A DNA stretch of 58,121 bases, counting the filler, from Basidiobolus meristosporus CBS 931.73 (taxonomy: Eukaryota > Fungi > Basidiobolomycota): the NCBI GenBank assembly GCA_002104905.1. It is 3 parts of 3 records of this genome, joined end to end, with 100 filler letters (N's around TTAATTAATTAA, not from the genome) between each part and the next. Parts side by side here need not be neighbours in the genome. Positions count along the whole stretch, not along the records: positions 1 to 24,111 come from MCFE01000954.1; 2 more parts are not named here. The stretch is one strand, 5' to 3'. The first letter of the stretch is position 1. Each line of letters opens with the position of its first letter. This document shows positions 1 to 14,000 of this stretch, piece by piece. Below the pieces are notes generated by a model, which saw only the letters and a list, made by a program, of their open reading frames with translations, did not search any database and was not told the DNA's origin. The translations under genes and the position numbers were made by a program.

Positions 1-23
1 TGAATTGAGTTGAGGTATTTTAG

Positions 24-528
24 GGGATACACTCCTGCCGAATGCACGGTGATGGGTGTTCCATCCATCACAACCAATCTCTCCGGCTTTGGGTGCTTTA
101 TGGACGATGGAATCGAGAACCCATCGGATTATGGCATCTACATCGTTGACCGTCGAATGAAGTCGGTTGAAGAGTCTGTCCAACAGCTCGCCGATCAAAT
201 GTTCGAGTTCTGTCAAAAGTCCCGAAGACAACGAATCAATCAGCGGAACCGAACGGAGCGTCTGTCGGAGCTATTGGACTGGAAGCGCATGGGCATCGAA
301 TATATGAAAGCCAGACAATTGGCACTTCGGCGTCGCTATCCCAACTCCTTTTCTCAATTTGACCGTGAGTTTGAGAGTTTTGACAAGATGCCATCCCCAC
401 TCTCTGCGCCTGGATCTCCAGGTATACATGCCTACGTCAACGGAAGCGAGTTCCCGCTTCATGTGAACGGCCATGACGAAGACGATGACCGCCCCGCTAT
501 CAACTTCAAAGCCAAGCACTCACCATAA
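24..528 (+). CDS. GSY: Glycogen synthase, last exon (5' part outside window)
   Basis: [23 protein letters not shown]...[19 protein letters not shown] are diagnostic glycogen synthase motifs. The tttTAG acceptor at 21-23 restores the conserved W|GYTP junction. C-terminal PLSAPGSP resembles the phosphoregulatory tail. Stop TAA at 526-528. Confidence 0.95.
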
Positions 529-1239
529 TTACTCATCATGTAAAGCTAATCTAAAAGATACATAATCTTCCATTCAAAAATGGAGATACCTGATCAACTA
601 GTAAATTATACTTTGCCATTTTGAACATGTTGGAATACTCTGAGTTTGCAGAAATACAAGAAGTAACCGAAGACAAGCAAATATCCTACAAGACTAATTT
701 TATGTCTAACCAGCAGTCCCTATGGAAAATATCCTACCAAACACCAGCAGAATGCCAGCATTATACCACAGATATCCTAATTTCCTCGAAGTTAGAACTT
801 TCAATATCTGAAGTCCGGGCCCTCTTGGGTATAGGTAGACATATGTCTTGGAAGGTGCTACATTTGGCCAATCCTCATGCAAAATATAGCAACAGTTAGC
901 TTACAGACTCCAGAGATATTTACACTTGAAGATTTAACCAAAAAATACCAATAGAACACTAGAATACCACAGCAAAATCCAAGTTTAATATTTCTCATAT
1001 GGACTAACTTAAGAAGTACGAATATAAAATACTTCAATAGCTAAGTGCTAAACTCATTATTTACTTCTTTGGCTGGCAATGAAGTATCTATGATGTCACA
1101 AGTAATTGTTTACAAAGAATATGATATATTTCTTATTGTAGTAAAAACTGTGGTAAGCTCTGTATTTGCACTTGAATATTTAAGCAACTTGGCTGCTTGG
1201 AGCACAGCTTATGAATAGCATCATCTCTTGTCCAAATTC

Positions 1240-1569
1240 ACTGTTAGAACTTATAATATTCTCACCAAAATGTCAAGCACTCAGGGCACAAGAACTTGAT
1301 AAGTTAATCAAAGCCCATATACTCTGCACACACTCTTGGGACCTTTGTAAGAATTTTCTACATGTTTGTTATGCCAAGACCATGTGTGCAAAGTTTAGGG
1401 CTGTTCAGACAACTCAAAGTACTTTCACCAAAATATCAGGTACCCAGAACATGAAATATCTCAGTATATCCCGACAAGGAATTTAGTCAGAATTCTCCAA
1501 GATTTGTAGGTAATGATCTAGGTAACTAAGTTGGGTGAATATTTAGGTACAATTACGAAGCCTACCACA
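1240..1569. mobile_element. Degenerate, rearranged Copia-family LTR remnant
   Basis: 1380-1569 matches LTR 10683-11032 (catgtgtgcaaagttt...gaatatttaggt...taccaca). 1240-1385 matches the opposite orientation. Confidence 0.75.
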
Positions 1570-1759
1570 TAAAAGAGGTGCTAATACTTCTCCACAGTGT
1601 TGGCATGTGTGCAAGGTTTGGGTGCTTCTGGATAACTTAGAGTGGTTTGCCTAAGTTCCTTGTTGGAGTTAAATGAGAATATTGTACTAAAATATTAAGT
1701 ACTCAAGACATGAAAAATCTAAAAAACACTGGTAGACTATAATCCCAGTGACTAAGTAG

Positions 1760-2400
1760 AAATATAGGTGCAATGACAAATTTTACAACAGCTGTAAGCC
1801 ATCTAGGAGACTCTGCACCTTGCACACAAGCTCATGAGATCTTTGTGAGCATTGACTGTGTTGTATTCTTGCCATGGTCGTTTCAAAGTAAAAGTAATAA
1901 CTTTGCAACTAAGTTGTTGAGTGAAAGGTACAGAAGCAACTAGAGCCTAGAGTTGCTTCCATTATCTTGATGACATTATGAATACCCAGGTAAAACCTAA
2001 GCCACTCATACACCTTGAGATTCTATATTGCCTTTTGTTATACTTTAGAACATTTATTTAAGATTTGGCTTGTGAGATATTTGCCAATTCTCAGAATCAG
2101 TGAAAGTCTAGTAGTTAATAGGCTTCTCAAACTTGACCAAAAGCCCTCAATTCTTGTATGCCGCCTTCTAGAACTTTACTTAAATATTACCATCATTAGT
2201 CTCACAGAGCTCACACAAAAGCATTGATGCTTTATTCGAGCTCAATACAACCACCAGTAAGCACCATGCTATTCTTCTTGTTCTCCAAGTCACTTCCAAT
2301 ACAAGGCCTGGGCACAAGGAATCTTGGTAAATATACCCAACTAAAATCTTCATACCGATTAGGGTCAAGCAATAATAAAACGAATATACTATGATCCAAG
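1760..2400 (+). pseudogene. Gypsy-type reverse transcriptase relic
   Basis: CFHYLDDIM (YLDD at 1963-1974), upstream FSCHGRFKVKV resembling the F.T..G.FEF segment, downstream GILVN-like motif. Many stops and CpG-poor. Confidence 0.5.
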
Positions 2401-4573
2401 TTACAAAGTATTCCACAAGATCCTCCACACCACTGTTGAAGTCAAAGTCAAGTGCCATGAAGTTTATATTGAGGTATATACAGTATCTCGGCATACATTA
2501 TGACTATGATAACCTGACGTACATATACACATATAGACATTATTGGGTAATCCCCTCTTCAGAGCATTGTTGAGAGTTCAGAATACTTTGACTTACGACT
2601 AATGTTGTATGGTATGCGCAGATTCTTTCAAGCTGGGGTGATACTGAAGCTTACCATAAGGCCTGACTTGATAAATCGGGAAGTTCAACCACAACTTCTG
2701 AAAGCCCCAAATCACTTCCAGGCCACTTTCAACACACTATACCATTGTTGAAACCTTTTCGCATTAAATAGACGCTACAATTGATAAGAGTGTACCAAGG
2801 CTTGTTGTTACGACCCGAGTATAAGATTAAGCACAAAAATCGGCCATTCCTGCATTATCTAGTAAGCCTCAGCAACTCCGACTAGATTCAATAATTCCAC
2901 ATCCCTTCCCACCCGTGTGATATAGTGAATTATGTAAGGGATTACTTTTGTAACATAATAATGACGGAAAGTGGCTTAAACACTTCAAGCATAGTGCGAG
3001 ATATGACAAATCATGATCACAATAGGAGTTGGAGAATGGTTGGGATACACTGTTCATGTTTCGGGGTATGTCACATCACAGAATCCAAATTATCGTGTTC
3101 CATGGAGATAAGTTGATGCGGCAAGGTTGCACAAACAGGAATACATCTCAGATGTTGATGAAGAAATTCCATTCATGTTTTAGCTCAGATATAGCATGAA
3201 AGCCTGGAATACACATCCACGGATCAACCAATGACCAAGTTATGAAATACGTTTACCCATCAAATGGTAATTAGTGAAAGTGCAAACAAAGTGACCGATT
3301 TTGGTAGAAGTTGACATTTCCACTATATGAGCCTTTAACCCAGCGCCTAACTTAGCACGTAATAAAGGAATATCTTCTGAAGAGTCGATGATGTCAAAGA
3401 AACTCCTTATGCTGGTTTAGGTTGACAGTGTAGTGTACAAATCGCGATGTGGGATCGATTAAATCAGGATTAATGATTCGGGAATCATGATTGGGGTGTG
3501 TAACATCCGCCATATAAGACATATGACATGCAATGAAAATCGCAAGGTTTCCCTGATGATGGCAGCAATCCACCAAGTTGGAGTGACACCACTTCTATTC
3601 CATTCCATCCGGGTAACACCACTTCTATTCCACTCCCTTTTATAATGTAACAGCTTATTTCGTATATGTTTGTTAAGCAAATTTAGCCATAATTGTCGCC
3701 GTAACTTGCCCCCCAGTCTAACTAGCCATCCGAGCAGGTTTTGACATCCTGAATCAAGGCAACGCCATGGTTTTAGAGTGGTACCTGGTATGATCGCCCA
3801 GTTTCCAGAATTTCAATTGTAGAGCACGATATTATCGAATTTGGTATCCTACTTCCACATCTCCTATTATGGATTATTTGCGTACATGTTTATATCGACA
3901 TGGCAAGAACATGAATGGATGATACGATTTTCCTATTTGCGAATTCCAATCTGCTTTGGTGATTCTCTTCCTGCTTGCTTTGATATCATCCCACCTGTCA
4001 TTATACAACCATGCCTTCAATGCCCGTTCACTTACCTGCTGCTGCATTGCTTGAGCTCGATAATTGCTTTTTCACCAGGATTTCCTCGATTTTCCCTGGT
4101 TGTTGGTGCTTTGGCTGGTGCTTTAGTGATTTCAACACCGTATCCAAACATCTTGGTGAAATTCTACTGGGTAGTCACTGCTGGCCAATCAGTGCCTGCT
4201 ATCCCACTCAAACTACCTCCATTGAGGAGACCCTTCCATCAACCACTCAAATCGAATGGAATTTAATTAGAGCCAATAAATAAGGATTCCCAATAGACGC
4301 CCTCAAATTAGCATATAAATTGGGTCGAGGGCAAGGCGATATTTCGTTCATCTCATCTTCTTATACTCATCAGCCTCCTTCATCTCAACAGAAGCTTTTG
4401 TGGTAGCACAACACAGTTCCTGGAACAGACATCTAGCAAGCTCAACCGAAATAGGCTTTCAAAGGAATCCAATTCCTCCACCTACGGTTTTATCTCCACT
4501 CTGATCGCATAGAGGTGTCCATTGCCCCGCTCCAATTTTACTTCTTTCAAACATACCACTGATCCAGCCCGAA

Positions 4574-5640
4574 ATGAACGTCACCAAGGCTAGCGCTCAC
4601 CCATTGTCCGCCGTCCAAGCATGCTCCCAGAGAAATCCTGCAGCGGGCGCCAACTTCACCTTCCAGATTTCTTCCAGTAAGTTGAGGCTGTTTTCATGTG
4701 GACTTTACCCCACAGCTCTGACCCTTTGGTGATTGATTTAGATAGCAGCTCGAAGAAGTGTGTCAACTCCGCCCAGAAGCGTGCCAACCACAATGCAGTG
4801 GAGCGCGCTCGCCGTGAGTGTTTGAACAACAAGTTCCAAGAGCTTGCATGGGCCATCCCTTCCCTCCACTATGTTCGCAAGCCTTCGAAATCGATCATCG
4901 TTCAGAAGTCCCTGGATTTTGTCCAGAGAGCGAAGACGTATGCCCAGGTGTATGTCAAGGAGGTCGACACCCTCCGGGAAGAGAACAAAACCCTCCGTGA
5001 GGAGCTCAACGAGCTAAGACACCAGATGGGGCTTCCCTTGTTGCCTATGAAGGCTGAGCCTACCCCTCTTCCCCCTATTGTGGACATGATCGATGACTGC
5101 TGCACTGATGCCACCGGGTCGAATCCAAAGATCCATGACGAGGACTGCAAGTCCAAAATGGAACTTAGATCGGACGATGATCCGGAGACGATCAGTACCG
5201 ATGACGATTGCGAGCATGAGTCCTCTCCCTCCAGTCAGCAAACCACCCCGAGCAGCAACAACTCTACTTGTTTCGACTTCAACCTGAACTCTGAGCTTGG
5301 GTCCGACATCAACTGCATGAACCAGGGATCTTTGGAACCATACGTGATCAACAACAACTGCTACAATTTGCAAGGCGAAACCTACCAACCCGGAGACCTG
5401 GACATTTTGAATCAGCCCATGTACCTGAGTGACGACGCAAGTAACTGTTTCTTGGCCCCTGATATGAGTGGGTTTTTTTCGTCTTCCTTGACCACTACCA
5501 TGACCATCCCAAGCACCAACATTCTGGAAGACGCTTCCGTCCCTAGTAGCTCCGTCTACCTTGGCCTCGACCCTTCCCTCACAAGCATGCCGTGCATGAC
5601 GTTGGGCGGTAACCACGTACCCAAGTCGAGTCTAGTTTAG
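4574..5640 (+). CDS. bHLH-leucine zipper transcription factor (Max/Myc-type basic region)
   Basis: KRANHNAVERARRECLNNKFQELAWAIPSL...KPSKSIIVQKSLDFV followed by a heptad zipper. Proposed model: exon 4574-4676, GTAAGT..TTTAG intron 4677-4741 (phase 1, branch-like CTGAC), exon 4742-5640. The ORF-track start at 4696 lies inside this intron. Confidence 0.85.
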
Positions 5641-8600
5641 CCAGGGATGCCTCGCCGAAACATACACCCACTGTAATTATTGTTAATTTCATCTTTATTC
5701 TTCGCTCGGTGTTCCGCTGTTCGAACACATCGGATTGGATACAACGCGTAGTGTTGATTAGACCATCACTGCCACCATTCATCAGATCGCCACTGTATAT
5801 TACTTGGGAACCCCACCCACCTAATAAACCTATGAGATATAGATCTTACATATATGGCGCGTGCCATCAAATCTGGCTCAAATTAGGCGAAGCGTGTCGC
5901 GTTCGTGAGGGTGGCTTTCAAATCGGGGTCGAAGTATTCACAGATCATGAGGAAAACTGGCCAGCTGGCAAACCAGACCTGGATCCAAGAACCCAAGCAC
6001 CTCTTTGGAAAATCCATTCCAAACTTTAAACCGCTCTAGTCACTTGAGCGTTGCCATCTTGGTAATGAAAAGAAGTAACACGGAAGGTACATATTCGGAG
6101 GCTCTACCGTGCAGGCGAAATTTTTTTCGATTCATGCCAATCAAAGGGGCGACGAGACGCATAATTGTTGCTCCACCTCTTGCTAGGCCAGATGTCCATT
6201 TTTGCCAATCATGCGTAATTTCTCGATTGGTTCCCACTGCTCCAAAAGTCCCCCATCGGATTGGTGGATATGGGCGGATATGGGCGGATACATGGTAAAT
6301 GCGATGTTTTGAATGGGGTCCACTCGAACATTATGGCTCTTCTAGTCTAGGCTGACGAGGAAACCATAATAATGCCTGCTGGAACCAAATATCAAACGAT
6401 TGCAAACTAGGAAATTGTATACTACGGGTGTATACCATGGGTGCCAACTGGGAATTTGTGATATGAGGGGGTTCGGGTCAAGATAAAACCATGTGTTGTG
6501 CATGCAGAGTCTCACCCCATACGTGTTAATGAACAATGGCGAACCAAACAGCGATGGCACTGGGTGATATCATCGATTTCCCCAGTATATGCACTTGCCT
6601 GAGGCTGATACATCATTGTGCTAACACCAAGAGATGAAGGTATATTATAGGAGAGGCCCCCTTCAATCAGGAGTTGGATTCAAACTAGAATAGGTAGGAC
6701 GACTTAATCGATGACCAGCACTGTATCCCATCGCCCACCCATCACTAGCCCACCTTGTACCCTGCCAATTTTCCAATCCCCTGCCTGTGTCATTGCTACC
6801 TGGACAGGGTCCCATGCGGCTTGAAATTATCCTTGTATTGTGGATGCAAATGATCGATAGAGTTTTACTGACTTGCTTCGATATCTGGTGAGTAAATTGG
6901 CCTGTGTCACTCAACATCGATAAAGTCAGTGGAAGCGCACAAGGAATGGTTGTGAACTGTTGTGAATTGTTGGCCAAGCAAGCGATCACCGGTTTTGCTT
7001 GGTCGAAAGAAATTGTTCGGGAGCCATGACCAGATTAACATGGTTTTACACCAATATTGGTGGGGAGAAATCGGGGCGATTGACGAGGTCTCACAAATGA
7101 GTGAATCGGGAAAGAATCACCGATGCAGCATTGTCAATGGCATGGAACACATTATCGGACATGGCGCCCGTCAATTCCTGTTTGCTGACCCCGAGCCTTT
7201 GATCTCTAGCGGGCTTTATTGCCACAATATTTACGCTGGTCTAAGGTCCATTCCTAACTTGTAACATCGCCAGTAAGTTCAACCGGCCAAAGGTTTCAGT
7301 AAGTGATCATCGAACATGCCAAGAAATTTAATGCCAATTCGGTGTGGTCATCGGAGTTTTAAGTGGGATAATCGGTTGCTCCTCATAAAGAAAGATGATC
7401 TACTAAAGAGTTGTCGAATGTAACGCACGTATGCTACCAGCTAAATCATCAATAAAATCTCGCTTGTTTGGTTACGCAGGGAGGAGAAAGGAAATGGATC
7501 GTTTGTATTGGCGTGCGTAACCAGAGAATAGATGGATTTAGAGCGAGGTGCTACTCGGCTAGACTTCTTAGCAACACACCTGACATCGAATATGGAGGCA
7601 GATTGCACTATCTCTCACACCATTTCCAAACCCTAAAAATCGCTCCCCATTACATCAGTTGCACGTGCTTTCCTTCATATTGGTTTAGCGGGAAAAATCT
7701 CATCCCAGGATTTCATTGGCCATAGGAAGCGAGTAAAGTCAAGGGGAGATCCGAAGAACTCTGAATTGACACTGCTTGTACCCACAATTTCGATTGACCA
7801 TTCAGAGCTCTGTGCTCATCGGGAATCATGGGAATTTGATGATTTCGATAATATCGAGACATCCAAACCATTCGGACACCAGATTACTTGAGCATGGGGA
7901 GGCATGGGAAAGCGTATGTGTTCAGGTGCGTCAGTAAACAAGCCTGCTTAAGGCAGGGTGCTATTGATAGTGATTGAAGTTAAATTATGCATAACACATA
8001 GATTCCATGTTGATTTTCATTCCCTGATTTCGCATTATATTTTCCTCAATCCTTTCTTCTACAATGTATCAACTTGGAATTGTTGATTTGTCCATATATT
8101 ATTGATGGATATACCGCGCCTGCTGATTGATTGTGGTTGTTCTCGAGGTTAAGCGCAAGTTTAATTGCGATTTATGTCTTTTGTTTAGGCTCCTTTGGTG
8201 TGCACACCATATATGCTGTCTGTATTGATATCTGTCTTTACGAGCTACCAAGCGTAGGTCTAATTCCTGGTGATAATAGCTGTCAATTCATACGAATGTA
8301 TTTTTATGCGCAGTGTGCGGTATTTACACCGACGTATACCCATTTGATGTGCAGGTGCTCCTCATATTCCTAGTCTTGTTTCTTTCAGCATGAATACTTC
8401 TCTTATAAATATATGGTTGCCATAGAGAGGCATTGCAAGAGAGTGTCCGAGTTATCATATCTCTATACCTGATCAGTTCTGGGCCGTTGCAAGTTCGGTT
8501 CTTCTAGATTGTGCATGGTACGAAATATATACGCTTTCAAGTTCTCATTACTGCATGAATCTGTACGAATCTGTATGAATCTGCCCACATTCCTTAATAG

Positions 8601-8699
8601 TTGATTACAATTTCTTTTAATAAATCCAATCTTCTCAACTCTACCAGCGGATGTCTTAGAATGTTATCTCATGAATCAACGTAACTTGCATATCTATGG

Positions 8700-10682
8700 T
8701 TCCTTATGATGTAATATGAGTATTGGGGTTTTGCTGTAAAAGATTTTTGAAAGTGCGTATTTGGGGTTACTAAAGCATCCAGTATATCCTTGACAATTAG
8801 CTCATAAAGCATTGGACTCGATCCTGATTTTTGGAATTCCCCTGCGTGAAGTGGTTATATTCCTGCTCAACTTGAAAATATCATTAAAGAACCCTGATAA
8901 CTAAAGTTATGTCAAAATCTCTTGTGCCTCTGAAAATATATAGTGCTAGAGAAGTTGTACTAGTGTCATCATATACTGAGGATTATATTTTAGCGGTTCA
9001 CTGCTGTAAGCAATTAGCTTATACCCAAATTGCTAATATGCTTAAGGATTCCAGTACCTTTTGCTAAGTTTTTTATTTACTTGCAGCTTGCTTGAAAATC
9101 CTAGCTAATTGATAAATCAGTGAAGGTCTGGAAGATATCATAACCTCAAATATATCCAAAAGACTTCAGACTTTGCACACTACTCTTGAATCTACTGCAG
9201 CGCATCAATAATATTGGCTCTTCAGAACTTCTCCAAAAGTATGAATACTATGCTTAAGCAAACAACAAAAGTGGTGTTAATCATATAAATGCTGTGTACT
9301 TGTATTTTTTGTAGAAATTTGTAATTACACCTAAATATTCACCTAATTTAGTCATTAAGATCATTACCTACAAATCTTCAAGAATTCTGACAAAACTCCT
9401 TGTCAAGATTTACTTTGAGAACTTTCATGTTCTGGTTACCTATTATACAGGTGAAAATATTCCAAGTTGCCCATACAGCCCCAAACCTTGTACATATGTT
9501 CTTAGGACCTTCTTGACCATATTTTATGTGGTTATTTTGCCAAGAATATGTAAAAGCATAAACACTACCTTTACATTCAATAAATCACTAAGTGAAAGCC
9601 ACATAATCTACTTGTTCTCTCAATCACTTCCAATATCTCCTAGACTCTTGCAACAGATATAACCTGAAGAGCTAGAAGAGTTGCATGCTGCTCATACAGT
9701 ATATCAAGCTCAAGTATAGGGTCACAATTTAAAAAAGATCCTGGGATGTATTGTGGATGAATCACGGGCATTGCATTAGATTAAAGAACCCCAATAACTT
9801 GTAAGCCTTCATTATTTCTAAGGATTGGTAAATATCTTACAAGCTAGTTCTTGAGTAACTGCTGAGTTGATAGTAAGCGGATTAGAATCATCAACTGTAT
9901 AATGGGTTAAGGTGTATGCTAAATATCTATAATAGCTCTTACTCAGTGGCTTATTCAACGTATTCTCCAAGTGTTAATACTTCAAGAATCAGTAAGTTGA
10001 GTGTTACGCTTTCTGGTATGGGAGTTACTCAGGCACAGTCCTCTCTAGGGCATATGTATACTTGTCCTCAAGAAGGCCAGAGCCTCTGATATTGAAAGTT
10101 GTTAGTTGAAGGAAACCTTGATTTCAGCACAGATTTTGCTAGTCTCTAGTGATATTTTTGGTTCAGAATATGTAAGTGTGAATGGCATCATCAAAGAAGC
10201 ACCACAACTAACGTAGCAATATTAACTAGGTGCTAAGCTAAAGCCCACAAGTGTCAACATCAATGTAATTTCCAAATCTTTGGTGGCTGTGATTTTGGAG
10301 AGAGTTGGATTTCATTGAGTCAGATACCAAGTACCTAGATTATGTAAGATAGGAGTTTGAGCTTAACTGACATTAAAGAGAAATACACAATGGGTGTACA
10401 TTTCTATGCAGCCATTGGTTAAGTAAATATATATCAAGTGTCAAAAGCATCCATGTCCAGTAACATTAAAATGGCTGAAGAGATTCATTGGTCAAGGTGC
10501 TTGTTGTGTAAGTAATCACCAGGTACACATTCAATTTGCTTGGTTTTGGGGTGATATGTACAAGGTTGAGGCCAGTAAGTCACCAAAGAATTTGGTCATT
10601 TTAAGATTCCTACTACATTAACCCAAAGCATTTGACAGAATCATCAGAACACCAAAGTAAGATCAGGGCCAGGGGCTATACT
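8700..10682 (+). pseudogene. Highly decayed Gypsy pol relic, interrupted by a solo LTR and by the intact Copia
   Basis: Traces such as tatagggtcac (Y.GH) and F*GLVN at ~9715-9840, weak similarity to 1760-2400, strongly CpG-depleted. Confidence 0.35.
9307..9655 (+). mobile_element. Degenerate solo Copia LTR with internal micro-inversion
   Basis: Collinear with the reverse complement of LTR 10683-11032 from (t)tttgtagaaattt to ctcttgcaaca, except inverted segment ~9414-9461. Confidence 0.85.
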
Positions 10683-11032
10683 TGTTGTAAGAGTCTTGGA
10701 GATATTGGAAGTGATTTGGAGAACAAGTAGATTATGTGGTTTTCACTTAATGATTTATTGAATGTAAAAGTAGTATTTATACTTTTACATGGTCTTGGCA
10801 TTACAAACACGTAGAATAGGTTAAGGAAGGTCCCAAGAACATGTGTGCAAAGTTTGGGGCTGTTTGGACAACTTTGAGAATTTTCATGTTCTGGGTACCT
10901 GGTATTTTGGTGAAAATATTCTAAGTAAATCCCGACAAGGAATTTGGTCAGTATTCTCTAGGATTTGAAGGTGATGATCTAAGTGACTAAGTTAGGTGAA
11001 TATTTAGGTGGAAAATACGAATTTTTACAACA

Positions 11033-11041
11033 CTCCCACTC
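11033..11041 (-). promoter_or_regulatory. Polypurine tract
   Basis: GAGTGGGAG immediately before the 3' LTR. The same tract is at 38461-38469 and 50896-50904. Confidence 0.85.
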
Positions 11042-11043
11042 AG

Positions 11044-14000
11044 CTAAATGTTCATACTGACTAGTCCTAATTTTGACCTAAGATATTCAAACTTGTCTCT
11101 AGCTAATGGTTTGGTAAATATGTCTGCAATCATTTCATCTGTAGGACAGTAAACTAAGCTAACTAAGTTATTCTCTATAGCTTCACGTATGAAATGATGT
11201 CTAATATCTATGTGCTTGGTTCTAGCATGAAAAGTTGGATTTCTACCTAATTGTATACATCCTTGATTATCTTGAAATAAAGTAATAGGCGTTTTTTGAC
11301 ATAGGCCTAAATCTGTAAAGAGCTTTCTTAACCACATTGCTTCTTTTGTAGCTTCACAGGCTGCCATATACTCTGCCTCTGTAGTAGAAAGTGCTACGGT
11401 TGGTTGCTTTCTTGAGTTCCATGAAATGGCTCCTTTACAGTAAAGAAAGGTATATCCTGTGGTGGATCTTCTGTCTTCTAAATTTCGTCCCCAATCAGCA
11501 TCAGAGTATCCCACAAGATCCTGTTCTGAATCCTTATAAGTGTATCTTAAGCAGATATCAGCAGTTCCTTTTAGGTATCTAAAAATCCGCTTAACTGCTG
11601 CAATATGATCAGATCCATAATTCTGATTATGTTGGCTGACAACTCCCACTGAATATGAGATATCTGGACGTGTTCCAAGCATGATATACATCAGACTGCC
11701 GACCATAGATTGATAAGGAAAGTCAGGGCTTTCAGATGGCACCAAGCTCTCTTGATTTGGTTGAGTTTTGACCAAGTTAAGGTTTGTCTCCATTGGGGTA
11801 GCTGCCGGTTTGCAGTCTTCCATTTTGTACTTCTTTAGTATATCTTGAATATACTTGGATTGGCTTAGGGTAATAGTCTGGGTACTTCTGTCTATGGAGA
11901 ACTTAATCCCTAAGTAGTAACTAAGTTCTCCTAGATCGGACATCTTGAACTCCTTAGATAGGCTGGATTTAGTCTCTTCCAATGTTTCTAGGTTATTGGC
12001 GGCTATAATAAGATCATCCACATATAGAGCTAATAGAACTGGATTTGCTCTATCTGGCTTATAGTATATACTATAGTCAGCATTACTCCTTTTGAAACTC
12101 AAAGATTCCAAATAAGAATCTATCTTGCAATTCCAGGCTCTTGGTGATTGTTTGAGACCATATAGTGACTTTTTAAGCTTGCAGACCAAATGGGGGTTAT
12201 CTTGGTCAACAAACCCATCAGGCTGGTCCATATACACGTCCTCATCAAGTTCTCCATTCAAAAATGCAGTTTTTACATCCATTTGATGAATAAAAAACTT
12301 ATATTTGGCTGCAATAGCCAATATTAATCTGATGGAATTAAACTTGGCTACCGGTGCAAAGGTCTCAGTATAGTCAAGTCCTTTTGTTTGAGAGTATCCT
12401 TTGGCTACAAGTCTTGCTTTGTATCTTTCAATTGTACCATCAGCCTTGTATTTTGTCTTGAAGACCCATCTGCATCCAATTGATTTTCGGTTGATTGGTA
12501 ATTTGACTAAGTCCCAAGTTTGATTTTCCATCAGTGCCTGATATTCCTCAGTCATTGCAGATCTCCAAAACTTCGTCTGAGGACTATTTAGGGCCTCTTT
12601 TACAGTCTGGGGTTCATCAACATGGACTGAATAGGCATAGGCTAAGTTTGTACCCTCATTGATATAGTAATTTGGGCTATTTCTTGTCCGATTGGATCTC
12701 CGGGCATTTGATACTGGAATGATCACTTCTGGGATATTCCTGGGCACTGATTCTGGCTGAACCACGGTTGTAGAGTCCTCTGGAGTGAAAAAATTTTCAT
12801 TGTTTTGCTCTGATTCAATCCTGACAATTGGTGGACTTGAGATCAAATTTTCGTCATCATCTGATGTCATTTTTTGTGAAAATTTTGAATTTTCATCAAA
12901 CAACACATCCCTGGACTTGATCAGCTTCTTTGCTTCGGTATTGTAGAGTCTGTATGCCTTACTCTCATTGCAGTAGCCCAAAAATATGCATTTTACACTT
13001 TTTGGCTCAAATTTTGACTGATTTCCGGCCAGTTTTTTGGCATATGCTGTACACCCAAATATTCTTAGATGTTCTGCACTTGGTCTGTATCCATACCATG
13101 CTTCAAATGGAGTAGAATCACGAAGTATTCTGTTATAACTCCTATTTTTAAGATATACAGCAGTGGCAACTGATTCTGCCCAAAAATCATAGGATAATTT
13201 TTGATCATGGATCATAGATCTTGCCATATCAATTATTGATCTGTTAGCTCGTTCTGCTACTCCATTTTGCTGTGGGGAGTATGGTACAGTAGTCTCTTGC
13301 TTTATCCCATGAATTTTGCAGAAGTGGATGAAGAGTTTTGAGGTATATTCTCCACCATTGTCAGAGCGTATTTTCTTGATTTTTTCACCAGTTTCTCTCT
13401 CCACCATGGCTTTGAACTCCCTGAGCTTAGACAGAGCTTCTTCCTTTCTCTCCATGAAGTAGACCCATGTGTATCTTGTATAATCATCAATAAAAGTGAT
13501 TAAATACTTCATCCCGCCTAAGGATAAATTTTGCATAGGTCCACACAGATCTGAGTGAATTAGATCTAATTTTTTCTTAGTTTTGATTAACCCAGAGCTC
13601 TTGAACGGTTGTCTGGCTTGTTTCCCATATATGCAGGCTTCACAGTGCTCCAAAATAGCTGGGGGATCAATTTTCACTCCAGAAATTAGCTGATCTTTGA
13701 TCATTTTACGCAAATAATCAAAATTGATGTGTCCAAATCTCCTGTGCCAAAGCATTGGTGTTTCTTCATTTAAGTTACTTATATTGGCTTCCAGATATGA
13801 TGGAATATAAGTCAACTTGTATAGGTTCTGATCTCTGATGCCCGAAGCAATATGGGCACCATTTTGATCAGTGATCCTGCATCCAGAATTGTCAAAACTG
13901 AAACTGAGTCCTTCTGCTGTGGCCTTGCTTACAGAGAGTAGGTTCTTGGCTATTTCTGGTACATAGAGTACTTCTTTAAAGGTCAGTGTATGGCTTCCTT

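Noticed and set aside
718-730. CCCTATGGAAAAT resembling the CMC TIR
   Set aside because: No partner TIR or transposase traces found nearby.
2806-3505. Possible Gypsy solo LTR (TGTTACGACCCG...GGGGTGTGTAACA)
   Set aside because: No TSD (CTTGT vs TCCGC) and no second copy in the window.
3581-3637. 30-bp direct duplication containing ACACCACTTCTATTCCA
   Set aside because: Only two copies with no spacer; a simple local duplication, not CRISPR-like.
6940-6970. Minus-strand TTVHNHSL, resembling a MULE/FAR1 zinc-finger HNH
   Set aside because: A three-residue match without supporting cysteines or a DDE domain.
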